A stretch of DNA of 64,000 nucleotides from Terriglobales bacterium. GTDB lineage: Bacteria; Acidobacteriota; Terriglobia; Terriglobales; Acidobacteriaceae. Below, in pieces: positions 46,763 to 55,032 of the stretch; the stretch's first letter is position 1; every line of letters begins with the position of its first letter. The notes under the pieces are model-generated. The model ran no database searches. It saw only the letters and a list, made by a program, of their open reading frames with translations, and had not been told where the DNA came from. Position numbers and translations under genes: made by a program. The DNA is taken from contig JBKQPN010000102.1 of the NCBI GenBank assembly GCA_052145015.1, positions 12,310 to 76,309 of the forward strand, in the 5' to 3' direction.

Positions 46763-47242
46763 ATGCGCAAACTCTTGCTCGTGGTGTTTTCCCTACTGTT
46801 GTTCGCCTCCGCGGCGATGGCCCAGGGAAAGGTTGACACCAAGTGGCACTGCTCGAAACCGGCGGCGGAGCACAAGTTAAACGTAGGCGACATGCCGGAT
46901 CACACCTACTCGATCATCCAAGGCACGTGCAGCGCGACCGCCAGCGACAGCGGCTTCGCAGAGAAGACCGGCGAATATACGGAATTTCAGGAAACGTGGA
47001 AAGCGTCCATGAGCGGGCATGGCCGCTTCAACGTTACGATGGACAACGGAGACAAGGTTTATTACACCTACGAAACAACGGCCCCAACAGACATCACGAA
47101 ACCAGCCTCCAACAAATGGACGATCCACAGCGGTACCGGAAAGCACAAGGGCAGCAAGGGTTCAGGGACCTGCTCCGGAAAAAACAGCGCAGACGGATCC
47201 TCTGACTGGGCGTGCACCGGCACCTATTCGATGGGCAAGTAA
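46763..47242 (+). CDS. Secreted hypothetical protein (159 aa, 6 Cys)
   Basis: ATG at 46763 gives signal peptide MRKLLLVVFSLLLFASAAMAQ. Confidence 0.6.
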   Translation: MRKLLLVVFSLLLFASAAMAQGKVDTKWHCSKPAAEHKLNVGDMPDHTYSIIQGTCSATASDSGFAEKTGEYTEFQETWKASMSGHGRFNVTMDNGDKVYYTYETTAPTDITKPASNKWTIHSGTGKHKGSKGSGTCSGKNSADGSSDWACTGTYSMGK

Positions 47243-47304
47243 GCCGGAAAGATGTGTGGGTGCCCCACCCTTGGCCGCCTTTGCCAAGGGTGGGCCGCGC
47301 TCCT

Positions 47305-48696
47305 CTACAGTCCTACATAGGTCGCGCGCTTGAGGAATTCGCCCTGGCCGGCGCGGCCGAGGAATTTGTCGCCTTCCACCACCACGCGTCCGCGTGAGAG
47401 CACCACGTCGGGCATTCCCGTGACTTTGATTCCCTCGAACATCGAATAATCCACCCGCATGTGGTGCGTTTTGGCGCTGATAGTGTGCTGGCGTTTGGGA
47501 TCGAAGATCACCAGGTCCGCATCGCTGCCGACGGCAATCGTCCCTTTGCGCGGGTAAAGGCCGAAGAGCTTGGCGGGCGTGGTCGCGACCAGTTCCACGA
47601 AGCGGTTCACGCTGAAGCGCCCCTGCGCCACGCCGCCCGAATACACCAGGCTCATGCGGTGCTCGACGCCCGGGCCGCCGTTAGGAATTTTGGTGAAGTC
47701 GCCGATACCCATCTCCTTCTGCTCCTTGTAGCAGAATGGGCAGTGGTCGGTGGAGACCACCTGCAGATGGTCGGCCTTCAGCCCTTGCCACAGCTTTTCC
47801 TGGTGCCACTTCTCGCGCAGCGGCGGGGTGAAGACATACTTCGCGCCCTCGAAGCCGGGCACATCGAAGTTCTCGATCGAGAGATAAAGATATTGCGGAC
47901 ACGTTTCCGCATAGACGGGCAGGCCGCGGTCGCGGGCTTCGCGGACTTTCTCCAGCGCGTCATTGCAACTGAGGTGGACGATATAGACGGGCGCGCCCGC
48001 CATCTCCGCCAGCGCGATAGCGCGTGCCGTAGCCTCGGCCTCCGCCGTGGTGGGGCGGGTGAGCGCGTGATACTTGGGCGCGGTCTTGCCCTCGGCCAGC
48101 GCCTGCTTGACGATCACGTCGATGGCGCCGCCGTTCTCCGCGTGCATGCAAACCATGGCGCCGGTCTTGGCGGCGCTGCGGAAGGCCTTGAAGATCGAGG
48201 CATCGTCGAGCATGAACACGCCGGGATAGGCCATGAACAGCTTGAAGCTGCTGACGCCGTCGCGCACCAGCGCCGGCATCTCGTCGAGGCAGGCGTCGGG
48301 CAGGTCGGTGATGATGCAGTGGAAGGCGTAGTCGCTGGTGGCTTTGGAAGCGGCCTTCTGCATCCAGGTATCGAAGGCGGTGCGCAGCGACTGCCCCTTG
48401 TACTGGATGGCGAAGTCGATCAGCGTGGTGGTTCCGCCGAACAACGCGGCGCGCGTACCGGTCTCGAAATCATCGGCGCTGGTGGTGCCGCCGAAGGGCA
48501 TGTCGAGATGCGTGTGCACGTCGATGCCGCCGGGAAAGACGTACCTGCCGCCGGCTTCGATCACGCGGCCGGCGTTCTCGCGCGGCAGGCTGCGGCCGAT
48601 GGCGACGATCTTCCCTGCTTCGATAGCCACGTCGGCGGCGTAGGTATCCGTTGCCGTCACGACCGTGCCGCCAGCGATAACCGTGTCGAACGCCAT
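47305..48696 (-). CDS. Dihydropyrimidinase / D-hydantoinase
   Basis: 463 aa. GGIDVHTHLDMPFGGT, the carboxylated-Lys region FKLFMAY, VHLS, STDHCPF. Confidence 0.9.
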   Translation of the reverse strand: MAFDTVIAGGTVVTATDTYAADVAIEAGKIVAIGRSLPRENAGRVIEAGGRYVFPGGIDVHTHLDMPFGGTTSADDFETGTRAALFGGTTTLIDFAIQYKGQSLRTAFDTWMQKAASKATSDYAFHCIITDLPDACLDEMPALVRDGVSSFKLFMAYPGVFMLDDASIFKAFRSAAKTGAMVCMHAENGGAIDVIVKQALAEGKTAPKYHALTRPTTAEAEATARAIALAEMAGAPVYIVHLSCNDALEKVREARDRGLPVYAETCPQYLYLSIENFDVPGFEGAKYVFTPPLREKWHQEKLWQGLKADHLQVVSTDHCPFCYKEQKEMGIGDFTKIPNGGPGVEHRMSLVYSGGVAQGRFSVNRFVELVATTPAKLFGLYPRKGTIAVGSDADLVIFDPKRQHTISAKTHHMRVDYSMFEGIKVTGMPDVVLSRGRVVVEGDKFLGRAGQGEFLKRATYVGL

Positions 48697-48777
48697 TCCG
48701 TGTGCCTCCTCCGCTAATCGGGATGCCGGTGCATTCTATGCTATATTTCCGCCACTTTTCCCGCGGGTGGGAGGCAC

Positions 48778-49785
48778 ATGAAATTCGGGATCACCTTTAA
48801 GCCGGACATGACGGTGGAGCGCATCCTCCGCCTGACGCGCCAGGCGGAGCAAGCCGGCTTCGACTACACGTGGATCTTTGACTCGCACGTGCTGTGGATG
48901 GACCCGTATCCGCTGATGACCCTGATGGCCGCCAACACCCGCCACATGAGGATCGGGCCGTGCGTCACCAATCCCGCGGTGCGCGACATCACCGTGACCG
49001 CCAGCCTGTTCGCCACGCTCAACCTGATTTCCGGCGGGCGCATGGACCTGGGCATCGGACGCGGCGACAGCTCACGTCGCGTGCTGGGCAAGAAGCCGGT
49101 CACGCCCAAGGAATTGGAACAGTCGATCCAAACCTTCCGCGACCTGACTGCCGGGCGCGAGATCCAGTACGAAGGCCAGCCCACGCGCATCACTTGGTCG
49201 AAGCAGTCGCCGCCGGTGTGGGTCGCAGGCTATGGACCGAAAGTCCTGAACATGGCGGGACGCGTGGCCGACGGCATCATCCTGCAATTCGCCGATCCTG
49301 ACCTGATCGAGTGGTGTATGGGGTTCGTGAAGGAGGGCGCGCGCCAAGCCGGGCGCGATCCCAAGTCGATCGAGGTGATGGCGGCGGCGCCGGTGTGGGT
49401 CGCGGAGAATCTGGAAACGGCGCGCGAGCATGTGCGCTGGTTCCCTGCCCTGGTGTCGAATCACGTGGTGGACCTGCTGTCGAAATACAAGCCAGAAGAA
49501 CTTCCGCCGGCGCTGACGTCGTACGTGCGCACTCGCGCCGGTTACGATTACCTGCATCACTGCGAGGTGGGCAGCGACAATGCGGAGTTCGTCTCCGATG
49601 AAGTGGTGGACCGCTTTTGCGTGGTCGGTCCCGTCGAAGCGCACCGCGAGAAGCTGCGCAAGCTGGCGTCGGTGGGCGTGACCCAGTTCAACATTTATCT
49701 GATGTGCGGCGAGGAAGAGCAGACGCTGGAGATCTACGAGCGCGAGGTGCTGCCGCAGTTCAGGGCGGCCAAGGCGGCGAGGTAA
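48778..49785 (+). CDS. Luciferase-like (LLM) flavin/F420-dependent oxidoreductase, Mer-like
   Basis: 335 aa. MKFGITFKP, AEQAGFDYTWIFDSH, GPCVTNPAVRD, SGGRMDLGIGRGDS. Confidence 0.85.
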   Translation: MKFGITFKPDMTVERILRLTRQAEQAGFDYTWIFDSHVLWMDPYPLMTLMAANTRHMRIGPCVTNPAVRDITVTASLFATLNLISGGRMDLGIGRGDSSRRVLGKKPVTPKELEQSIQTFRDLTAGREIQYEGQPTRITWSKQSPPVWVAGYGPKVLNMAGRVADGIILQFADPDLIEWCMGFVKEGARQAGRDPKSIEVMAAAPVWVAENLETAREHVRWFPALVSNHVVDLLSKYKPEELPPALTSYVRTRAGYDYLHHCEVGSDNAEFVSDEVVDRFCVVGPVEAHREKLRKLASVGVTQFNIYLMCGEEEQTLEIYEREVLPQFRAAKAAR

Positions 49786-49800
49786 GGCTTCTTTGAAGGG

Positions 49801-49818
49801 GCGCGGCTTTAGCCGCGC
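49801..49818 (+). terminator. GC hairpin after the LLM gene (weak terminator / REP-like)
   Basis: GCGCGGC-ttta-GCCGCGC. Shares the 12-mer GGCTTTAGCCGC with 40037..40048. Confidence 0.45.
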
Positions 49819-49840
49819 CGTTCTGGAATCTCTTCAAGAA

Positions 49841-49981
49841 TTGTCATCCCGAGCAAGCGCGAGCCGAGCTAGCGAGGTGAGCGCGACGCGAGGGATCTGC
49901 AGTTGATGAAAGTACAAACGCAAGGTCCCTCGGCTCGCGCTCCGCTCGCAAGCTCGCGTCGTGCTTCGCTCGGGATGACAA
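49841..49981. repeat. 141-bp palindromic element (arms starting TTGTCATCCCGAGC)
   Basis: Arms 49841..49896 and 49925..49981 are about 80% complementary by eye. Lies between convergent genes. A solo arm is at 21462..21521. Confidence 0.85.
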
Positions 49982-49991
49982 ATAGAACAAT

Positions 49992-51308
49992 TTACCGCGC
50001 TCCCACCGCCGCGTGGCGCTTCTCCTCCACGGCGGCCAGCGCGCGGTCGAGCAGGCGGATGGCCTCGTCCACATCGGCCTTCGAGATGTTCATGGGCGGC
50101 GACATGCGGATCACGTTGCCCCACAGTCCGCCTTTGCCGATCAGCAAGCCTGCGCGGCGCGCTTCTTCCATCAGTTGGCCGGTTTCCTGCGGCGCCGGCT
50201 CTTTCGACACGCGGTCTTTCACCAGCTCGATGCCCTGCATCAGGCCCTTGCCGCGCACGTCGCCGATGACGGAGTACTTCTCTTTGAGCCCTTCCAGTCC
50301 TTCGCGGAAGTAGTTGCCCACCACGTGCGTGTTCTCGAGGAGATTGTCTTCTTCAATCAAGTCAAGGGTAGCTTTGGCAGCGACAGAAGTAACAGGATTG
50401 CCGCCAAAAGTGGATATCTGCAGCCCGCGGAAGCTGGCGGCGATCTCCGGACGAGTAAACGTTCCGCCGACGGGCGCGCCGTTGGCCAGGCCTTTGGCGG
50501 CGGTGATGATGTCGGGAGTAACTTCCCAGTGCTCGATGCCGAACCACTTGCGGCCGGTGCGTCCCCAGCCGGTCTGCACCTCGTCGGCGATGAAGTCGCC
50601 GCCATACTGCTTCACTGTCTTGAAGACAATCTTGAAGTACTCCGGCGGAGGTGTGATGAATCCGCCGACCCCCTGGATGGGCTCGGCGATGAAGCCGGCG
50701 ATGCGCCCGGAGGTCGAAGTCTGGATAACGGCTTCCACGTCGTTCGCGCAAGCGACGCCGCAGTCGGGATAAGTCTTCCCCAGCGGACACCGATAGCAAT
50801 AGGGGTTCATAGCGTGGACCACGCCGAATCCCCCGGGCAGAGATTGCCGCCATGGGTTCTGTCCGGTGAGCGACTGCGCCAGTTGCGAGCGGCCGCTGTA
50901 GCCGTGGCGCAGGGCGATGATCTCGAAGTTGCCGCTGTGCGCGCGAGCGAGCTGGATGGCCATCTCGTTGGCTTCGGTGCCGCTGTTGGTGAAGTAGCTT
51001 TGGCTGATCTCGCCGGGGGTCAGGCGCGCGATCTTCTCCGCCAGCGCCACGATGGCCTCGTTGGGAAAAACCGTGGAGGCGTGCTGCAGCTTGTCGACCT
51101 GCGCCTTGACCTTCGAGGTGATGCGCGGGTTGGCGTGGCCCGCCGAAATGGTAACGATGCCGCCGAAGAAATCGAGATACTTCTTGCCCTCGACGTCCCA
51201 CAGGTACTGCATGCTGGCGTGGTCGGTGACCAGGGGCTCGGAGTAGTAGGTGCTGACCGAGGGGAACAGGTACTGCTTATATTTGCGGATGATCTCGTCT
51301 TTAGTCAT
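49992..51308 (-). CDS. Class-III (omega) aminotransferase, beta-alanine/AGXT2-like
   Basis: ATG at 51308 (MTKDEIIRKY). SGTEANE, DEVQTGWGRTG, and TAAKG, the region holding the PLP-binding Lys. Confidence 0.88.
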   Translation of the reverse strand: MTKDEIIRKYKQYLFPSVSTYYSEPLVTDHASMQYLWDVEGKKYLDFFGGIVTISAGHANPRITSKVKAQVDKLQHASTVFPNEAIVALAEKIARLTPGEISQSYFTNSGTEANEMAIQLARAHSGNFEIIALRHGYSGRSQLAQSLTGQNPWRQSLPGGFGVVHAMNPYCYRCPLGKTYPDCGVACANDVEAVIQTSTSGRIAGFIAEPIQGVGGFITPPPEYFKIVFKTVKQYGGDFIADEVQTGWGRTGRKWFGIEHWEVTPDIITAAKGLANGAPVGGTFTRPEIAASFRGLQISTFGGNPVTSVAAKATLDLIEEDNLLENTHVVGNYFREGLEGLKEKYSVIGDVRGKGLMQGIELVKDRVSKEPAPQETGQLMEEARRAGLLIGKGGLWGNVIRMSPPMNISKADVDEAIRLLDRALAAVEEKRHAAVGAR

Positions 51309-51316
51309 GGCAAACC

Positions 51317-52219
51317 TTAATCTGCGGCCGCAGCCCGGCCGCCGGTGGAACTCTGTGCGGTGAGAACGCCGTAGGTTTCGGGACGGCGATCGCGGAAGAA
51401 CTGCCACACCTTGCGCACTTCCGCGATCAGGTCGAGGTCGAGGTCGGCGACCAGCACCTCGTCCTTATCGCGGCTGGCCTGGGCGACAATTTTGCCGCGG
51501 GGATTGCAGAAGTAACTCTTGCCGTAGAACTCGCCGATGCTCCACGGCTTCTCGTCACCCACGCGGTTGATAGCGGCGATGAAGTACTGGTTGGCGACGG
51601 CGTGCGCCGGCTGCTCGAGCTCCCACAGGTATTCCGAGAGCCCGGCCACGGTGGCCGAGGGATTAAAAACAATCTCGGCGCCGTTCAGGCCGAGAGCGCG
51701 AGCGCCTTCGGGAAAGTGGCGGTCGTAACAGATGTACACGCCGATCTTAGCGTACTTGGTCTCGAATACCGGGTAGCCGAGGTCGCCGGGAGTGAAATAG
51801 AACTTTTCCCAGAAGCCGGGATGGCAGTGCGGGATGTGGTGCTTGCGGTACTTGCCCAGGTAGCGGCCGTCGGCGTCGATGACCGCGGCGGTGTTGAAGT
51901 AGAAGCCGGGCATGGTCTCTTCGTACACGGGGACGACCATCACCATGTGGTGCCTGGCCGCGAGCTCCTGCATGCGGCGAACGCTGGGGCCCTCGGGCAC
52001 GGCCTCAGCCAGTTCGTACCAGCGGGGGTCCTGCTCGGCGCAGAAATACGGCCCGTAGAAGAGTTCCTGCAGGCAGAGCACCTGGGTTCCCTGCTTCGCC
52101 GCCTGCTCGATCAGGCTGACGTGCTTCTGGATCATGGCCTCTTTGATTTCGGCCAGCGAGTGGTCGGGACCGAGAACATTTCGCGCCTGAATCAGGCCGC
52201 AGCGGACAATGCGAGGCAT
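51317..52219 (-). CDS. Carbon-nitrogen hydrolase (beta-ureidopropionase / N-carbamoyl amidohydrolase-like)
   Basis: ATG at 52219 (MPRIVRCGLIQ). LQELF (Glu), YRKHHIP (Lys), VYICYDRHFPE (Cys) catalytic triad context. Confidence 0.85.
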   Translation of the reverse strand: MPRIVRCGLIQARNVLGPDHSLAEIKEAMIQKHVSLIEQAAKQGTQVLCLQELFYGPYFCAEQDPRWYELAEAVPEGPSVRRMQELAARHHMVMVVPVYEETMPGFYFNTAAVIDADGRYLGKYRKHHIPHCHPGFWEKFYFTPGDLGYPVFETKYAKIGVYICYDRHFPEGARALGLNGAEIVFNPSATVAGLSEYLWELEQPAHAVANQYFIAAINRVGDEKPWSIGEFYGKSYFCNPRGKIVAQASRDKDEVLVADLDLDLIAEVRKVWQFFRDRRPETYGVLTAQSSTGGRAAAAD

Positions 52220-52252
52220 GACGGGTATCCCCCGGAAAGCCGCACTATAGCA

Positions 52253-52282
52253 TGTAGAGACGCAGTATGCTGCGTCTCTACA
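52253..52282. repeat. Perfect 13-bp hairpin TGTAGAGACGCAG-tatg-CTGCGTCTCTACA
   Basis: Read directly. A related GAGACGC...GCGTCTC hairpin is at 59363..59384. Confidence 0.9.
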
Positions 52283-52296
52283 GGTCTCGGCAATCG

Positions 52297-53436
52297 TTAC
52301 TGTTGGCTGGCCCTCATCTTTGTCTGTCTCACAAAAATCGATTTGGGCACCATGCAATGGATGCCCTTGCGGATGTCCACCACCTCCATGACCCGGCAAT
52401 CAGCGACCAGCGAAGCCAGCGCGTAAGCTTCGTAGCGGTCCATAGGCACCATCTTCTGGGTTGAGAGCCAATCAATCGTGTTGCGAGTGGCGATCTTCAT
52501 GGCTTCGGTGAGGTCTTCGTCGAAACCAGTGAATATCCAGTAATCCTTGTTTTCCGCCTGCGGCCATTCGACTTTCATGTCCTTGCGTACGATGGGCTGG
52601 ATCTCGATCTCCTTGTAAGCGCACTCCAGCGCTTCCAGGTTGACCTCGCCGTTGCCTTGCAGGCAGTGGGAGTCGCCGGTCCAGATCAGCGCGCCCTTGA
52701 CGAACACCGGCAGATACAGCGTGGATCCGGCCTGCAGTTCGTTCAGGTCCATGTTGGAGCCGTTCTTCCACGGACGCAGGGTGCTGGTGCGGCCTTTGTC
52801 GTCCTTGATCGGCGGCCCGGCCTTCTCCTTGGGTTCGTTGGGATCGGGAGCGACGGCGATGACGCCGGGAAACGGCTTGAGGTGGAGCACGATGCCGGGT
52901 TTGAACTCCGTGGTCATCTTCGCCAGGTCGAACTTGTAATAGCGGACGAAGCCTTCGGGGAATTCCTTTGGCAGCAGGCCGGTGGGAAACTGCTTGCCCG
53001 GCAGGTTGAAGTTCTGGCCGTATTCCTTGGGAACGATCTTGAGGATGCGTATCTCCAGGGTGTCGCCGGGCTCGGCGCCGTTCACGTAAATAGGGCCGGT
53101 GATGGAGTGCGGTCCGCCGCCGTCATTCTCCTTGCGCAGACGGGCGAGGTCGTCCATCGCCGGACCTTCGAGGGTGTGATCTGTTGGCTTAGGTTTGATC
53201 TGATCGAGGGCGTGGTACCAGGTCTCGATGGAGACGGTGTCGCCGGAATCCACCGTGAGCTTGGGCTTCTCGTTCACGTCGAACCAGCCCCACTGCACGT
53301 TCTCCTTGGTGGCGGGCAGTGTGTAGTGCTTGCCAGCCTCGGGCTTTTTCTTTGCCGGAGTCTGCTGGGCGAACGCTATACAGCTTGCGAAGATAGACGC
53401 GGCAATAACAGAAACCAATGCGGCATTGCGTTTCAT
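52297..53436 (-). CDS. Acetamidase/formamidase family amidase with signal peptide
   Basis: ATG at 53436 (MKRNAALVSVIAASIFASCIAFAQ). LTVDSGDTVSIET, GPHSITGPIYVNGAEPGDTLEIRI. Confidence 0.85.
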   Translation of the reverse strand: MKRNAALVSVIAASIFASCIAFAQQTPAKKKPEAGKHYTLPATKENVQWGWFDVNEKPKLTVDSGDTVSIETWYHALDQIKPKPTDHTLEGPAMDDLARLRKENDGGGPHSITGPIYVNGAEPGDTLEIRILKIVPKEYGQNFNLPGKQFPTGLLPKEFPEGFVRYYKFDLAKMTTEFKPGIVLHLKPFPGVIAVAPDPNEPKEKAGPPIKDDKGRTSTLRPWKNGSNMDLNELQAGSTLYLPVFVKGALIWTGDSHCLQGNGEVNLEALECAYKEIEIQPIVRKDMKVEWPQAENKDYWIFTGFDEDLTEAMKIATRNTIDWLSTQKMVPMDRYEAYALASLVADCRVMEVVDIRKGIHCMVPKSIFVRQTKMRASQQ

Positions 53437-53460
53437 CCTGGCCTCCCTTGAAGTGAATTG

Positions 53461-53505
53461 GACAAAAACACGACCGCAATGCCCCAAATGGGCAGCATTG
53501 CGGTC
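53461..53505 (-). terminator. Rho-independent terminator after the MFS gene
   Basis: GACCGCAATGC(CCCA..TGGG)GCATTGCGGTC stem at 53472..53505. On the minus strand it is followed by GTGTTTTTGTC. Confidence 0.65.
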
Positions 53506-53544
53506 CCAGATGGCATATATGCGGGCCCTACGAAAGCTTCACGA

Positions 53545-54885
53545 TCACGCAGCCCCGGACACTTGGCCCGACCCGACGGTGTGATTCAGCGTGGCTTCCG
53601 CGTTGGCGATTGTACGCCGGGCCAACGGCTTCAGCCAGAGTAGCGCCAGGAACGCAGCGAGGATATCGCAGGCAACCATGACGTAAAAGATCGGCACCCA
53701 TGAACCCGTCTTCAGCATTACGTAGGCGGCAACCGGCGCGGAAAAGATCGCCGCTGTTCCCTTTGCCGTATACACGAGGCCGTAGTTCGTGGTCGCCCAT
53801 TTGCGCCCGAACAGGTCACCCGTGATCGAGGGGAAGAGCGAGAAGATTTCGCCCCAGGCGAAGAAGACGAGGCTGGAAAGGATGACAAACATGGTCGGCC
53901 GACTAATGGTCTGCAGCCACGCCCAAATGAAGATGCCTTCGAGCAGGAAAGCGCTAAACATGGCATTTTCCCGGCCGATGTGGTCCGAGATCCAGCCCCA
54001 CAGCGGGCGAGTCACGCCGTTGACGATGCGGTTCAATTCAATGGCCAGGACCGTCGCCGACATTCCCCAGAACATGATCGCCTTATCTACTTTGTAGGTG
54101 GTGGCGATCACCTTGAGTTGCGCCGTCACCACCAGCCCGCCGAAGGCCACCAGCGTCATCATGAAATAGATCATCCAGAAGGAGCTGGTCTTGAGCATCT
54201 GCGCCGGCGTCATGTCCACACTGGAGCTGTGGACTTTCGCCTTGACCTGCGCCTCCTTCTCCTTCCAGTTCGGCGGCGTCCAGCCCTCGGGTGGCTTAGC
54301 CAGGAACAGCGCCGCCACCAACACAATGGCCCCCTGGATGAGGCCGAAGAAGATGAAGGTGTGCTGATAGCCGGAAACCTTGATCATGTTGGCGATGGGT
54401 TCAACGCTTACCGCAGTCCCCACGCCATAGGCGCCGGCGGTCAGCCCGACACAAAGCCCGCGGTATTCGGGGAACCACTTCAGGACATTGCCGATGGTGC
54501 CGCCGTAAATAAATCCGGCGCCGACGCCACCCACCATGTACCAGAAGTAAAGGCCGCGCAGGGTCTCGGCATAGCCGGAACCCGCCCAGCCCAACCCCAC
54601 CAGAACCCCGCCCATGCCCAGCATGAAGCGCGGACCAATGCGGTCGATCAACGCCCCTTCGAAGGGAACGAGCCAGGTTTCCACCAGGATGAAGGCTGCG
54701 AAGACACCCTGGACGACCGTGAGGGAAACGTGCAGGTGGGTTTGTATGGGTATAACGAACAGGGTCCAGGCATATTGCAGGTTCGCGATGGCCGCCATCG
54801 CAACGATGCCGGCGATCAACTGGATCCAACGATTGACGATGCGTGACGGGTGAATCGCGCCTGCGGGCGTCGCGTAATCAGCCAT
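53545..54885 (-). CDS. MFS transporter, oxalate/formate antiporter (OFA) family
   Basis: GGAGG 5 nt upstream of the ATG at 54885. RWIQLIAGIVAMAAIANLQYAWTLF, LIDRIGPR. 12 TM helices. Confidence 0.85.
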   Translation of the reverse strand: MADYATPAGAIHPSRIVNRWIQLIAGIVAMAAIANLQYAWTLFVIPIQTHLHVSLTVVQGVFAAFILVETWLVPFEGALIDRIGPRFMLGMGGVLVGLGWAGSGYAETLRGLYFWYMVGGVGAGFIYGGTIGNVLKWFPEYRGLCVGLTAGAYGVGTAVSVEPIANMIKVSGYQHTFIFFGLIQGAIVLVAALFLAKPPEGWTPPNWKEKEAQVKAKVHSSSVDMTPAQMLKTSSFWMIYFMMTLVAFGGLVVTAQLKVIATTYKVDKAIMFWGMSATVLAIELNRIVNGVTRPLWGWISDHIGRENAMFSAFLLEGIFIWAWLQTISRPTMFVILSSLVFFAWGEIFSLFPSITGDLFGRKWATTNYGLVYTAKGTAAIFSAPVAAYVMLKTGSWVPIFYVMVACDILAAFLALLWLKPLARRTIANAEATLNHTVGSGQVSGAA

Positions 54886-54999
54886 AAGCACACCTCCCCG
54901 GTGGCTCGACGGACTAACCAGTAATCAACAAAATGCCGTTTTCCTTTCTGCGTCCAGCTTGGTCCGGGAGCGAAACACTAGCACGGAATGCAACCTGGG

Positions 55000-55032
55000 A
55001 ATAAGAAACCGCCCGCGTCCTTACGCGGGCGG
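55000..55032 (-). terminator. Rho-independent terminator overlapping the beta-subunit stop codon
   Basis: CCGCCCGCG-tcctta-CGCGGGCGG (55009..55032). On the minus strand it is followed by TTTCTTATT. Confidence 0.7.
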
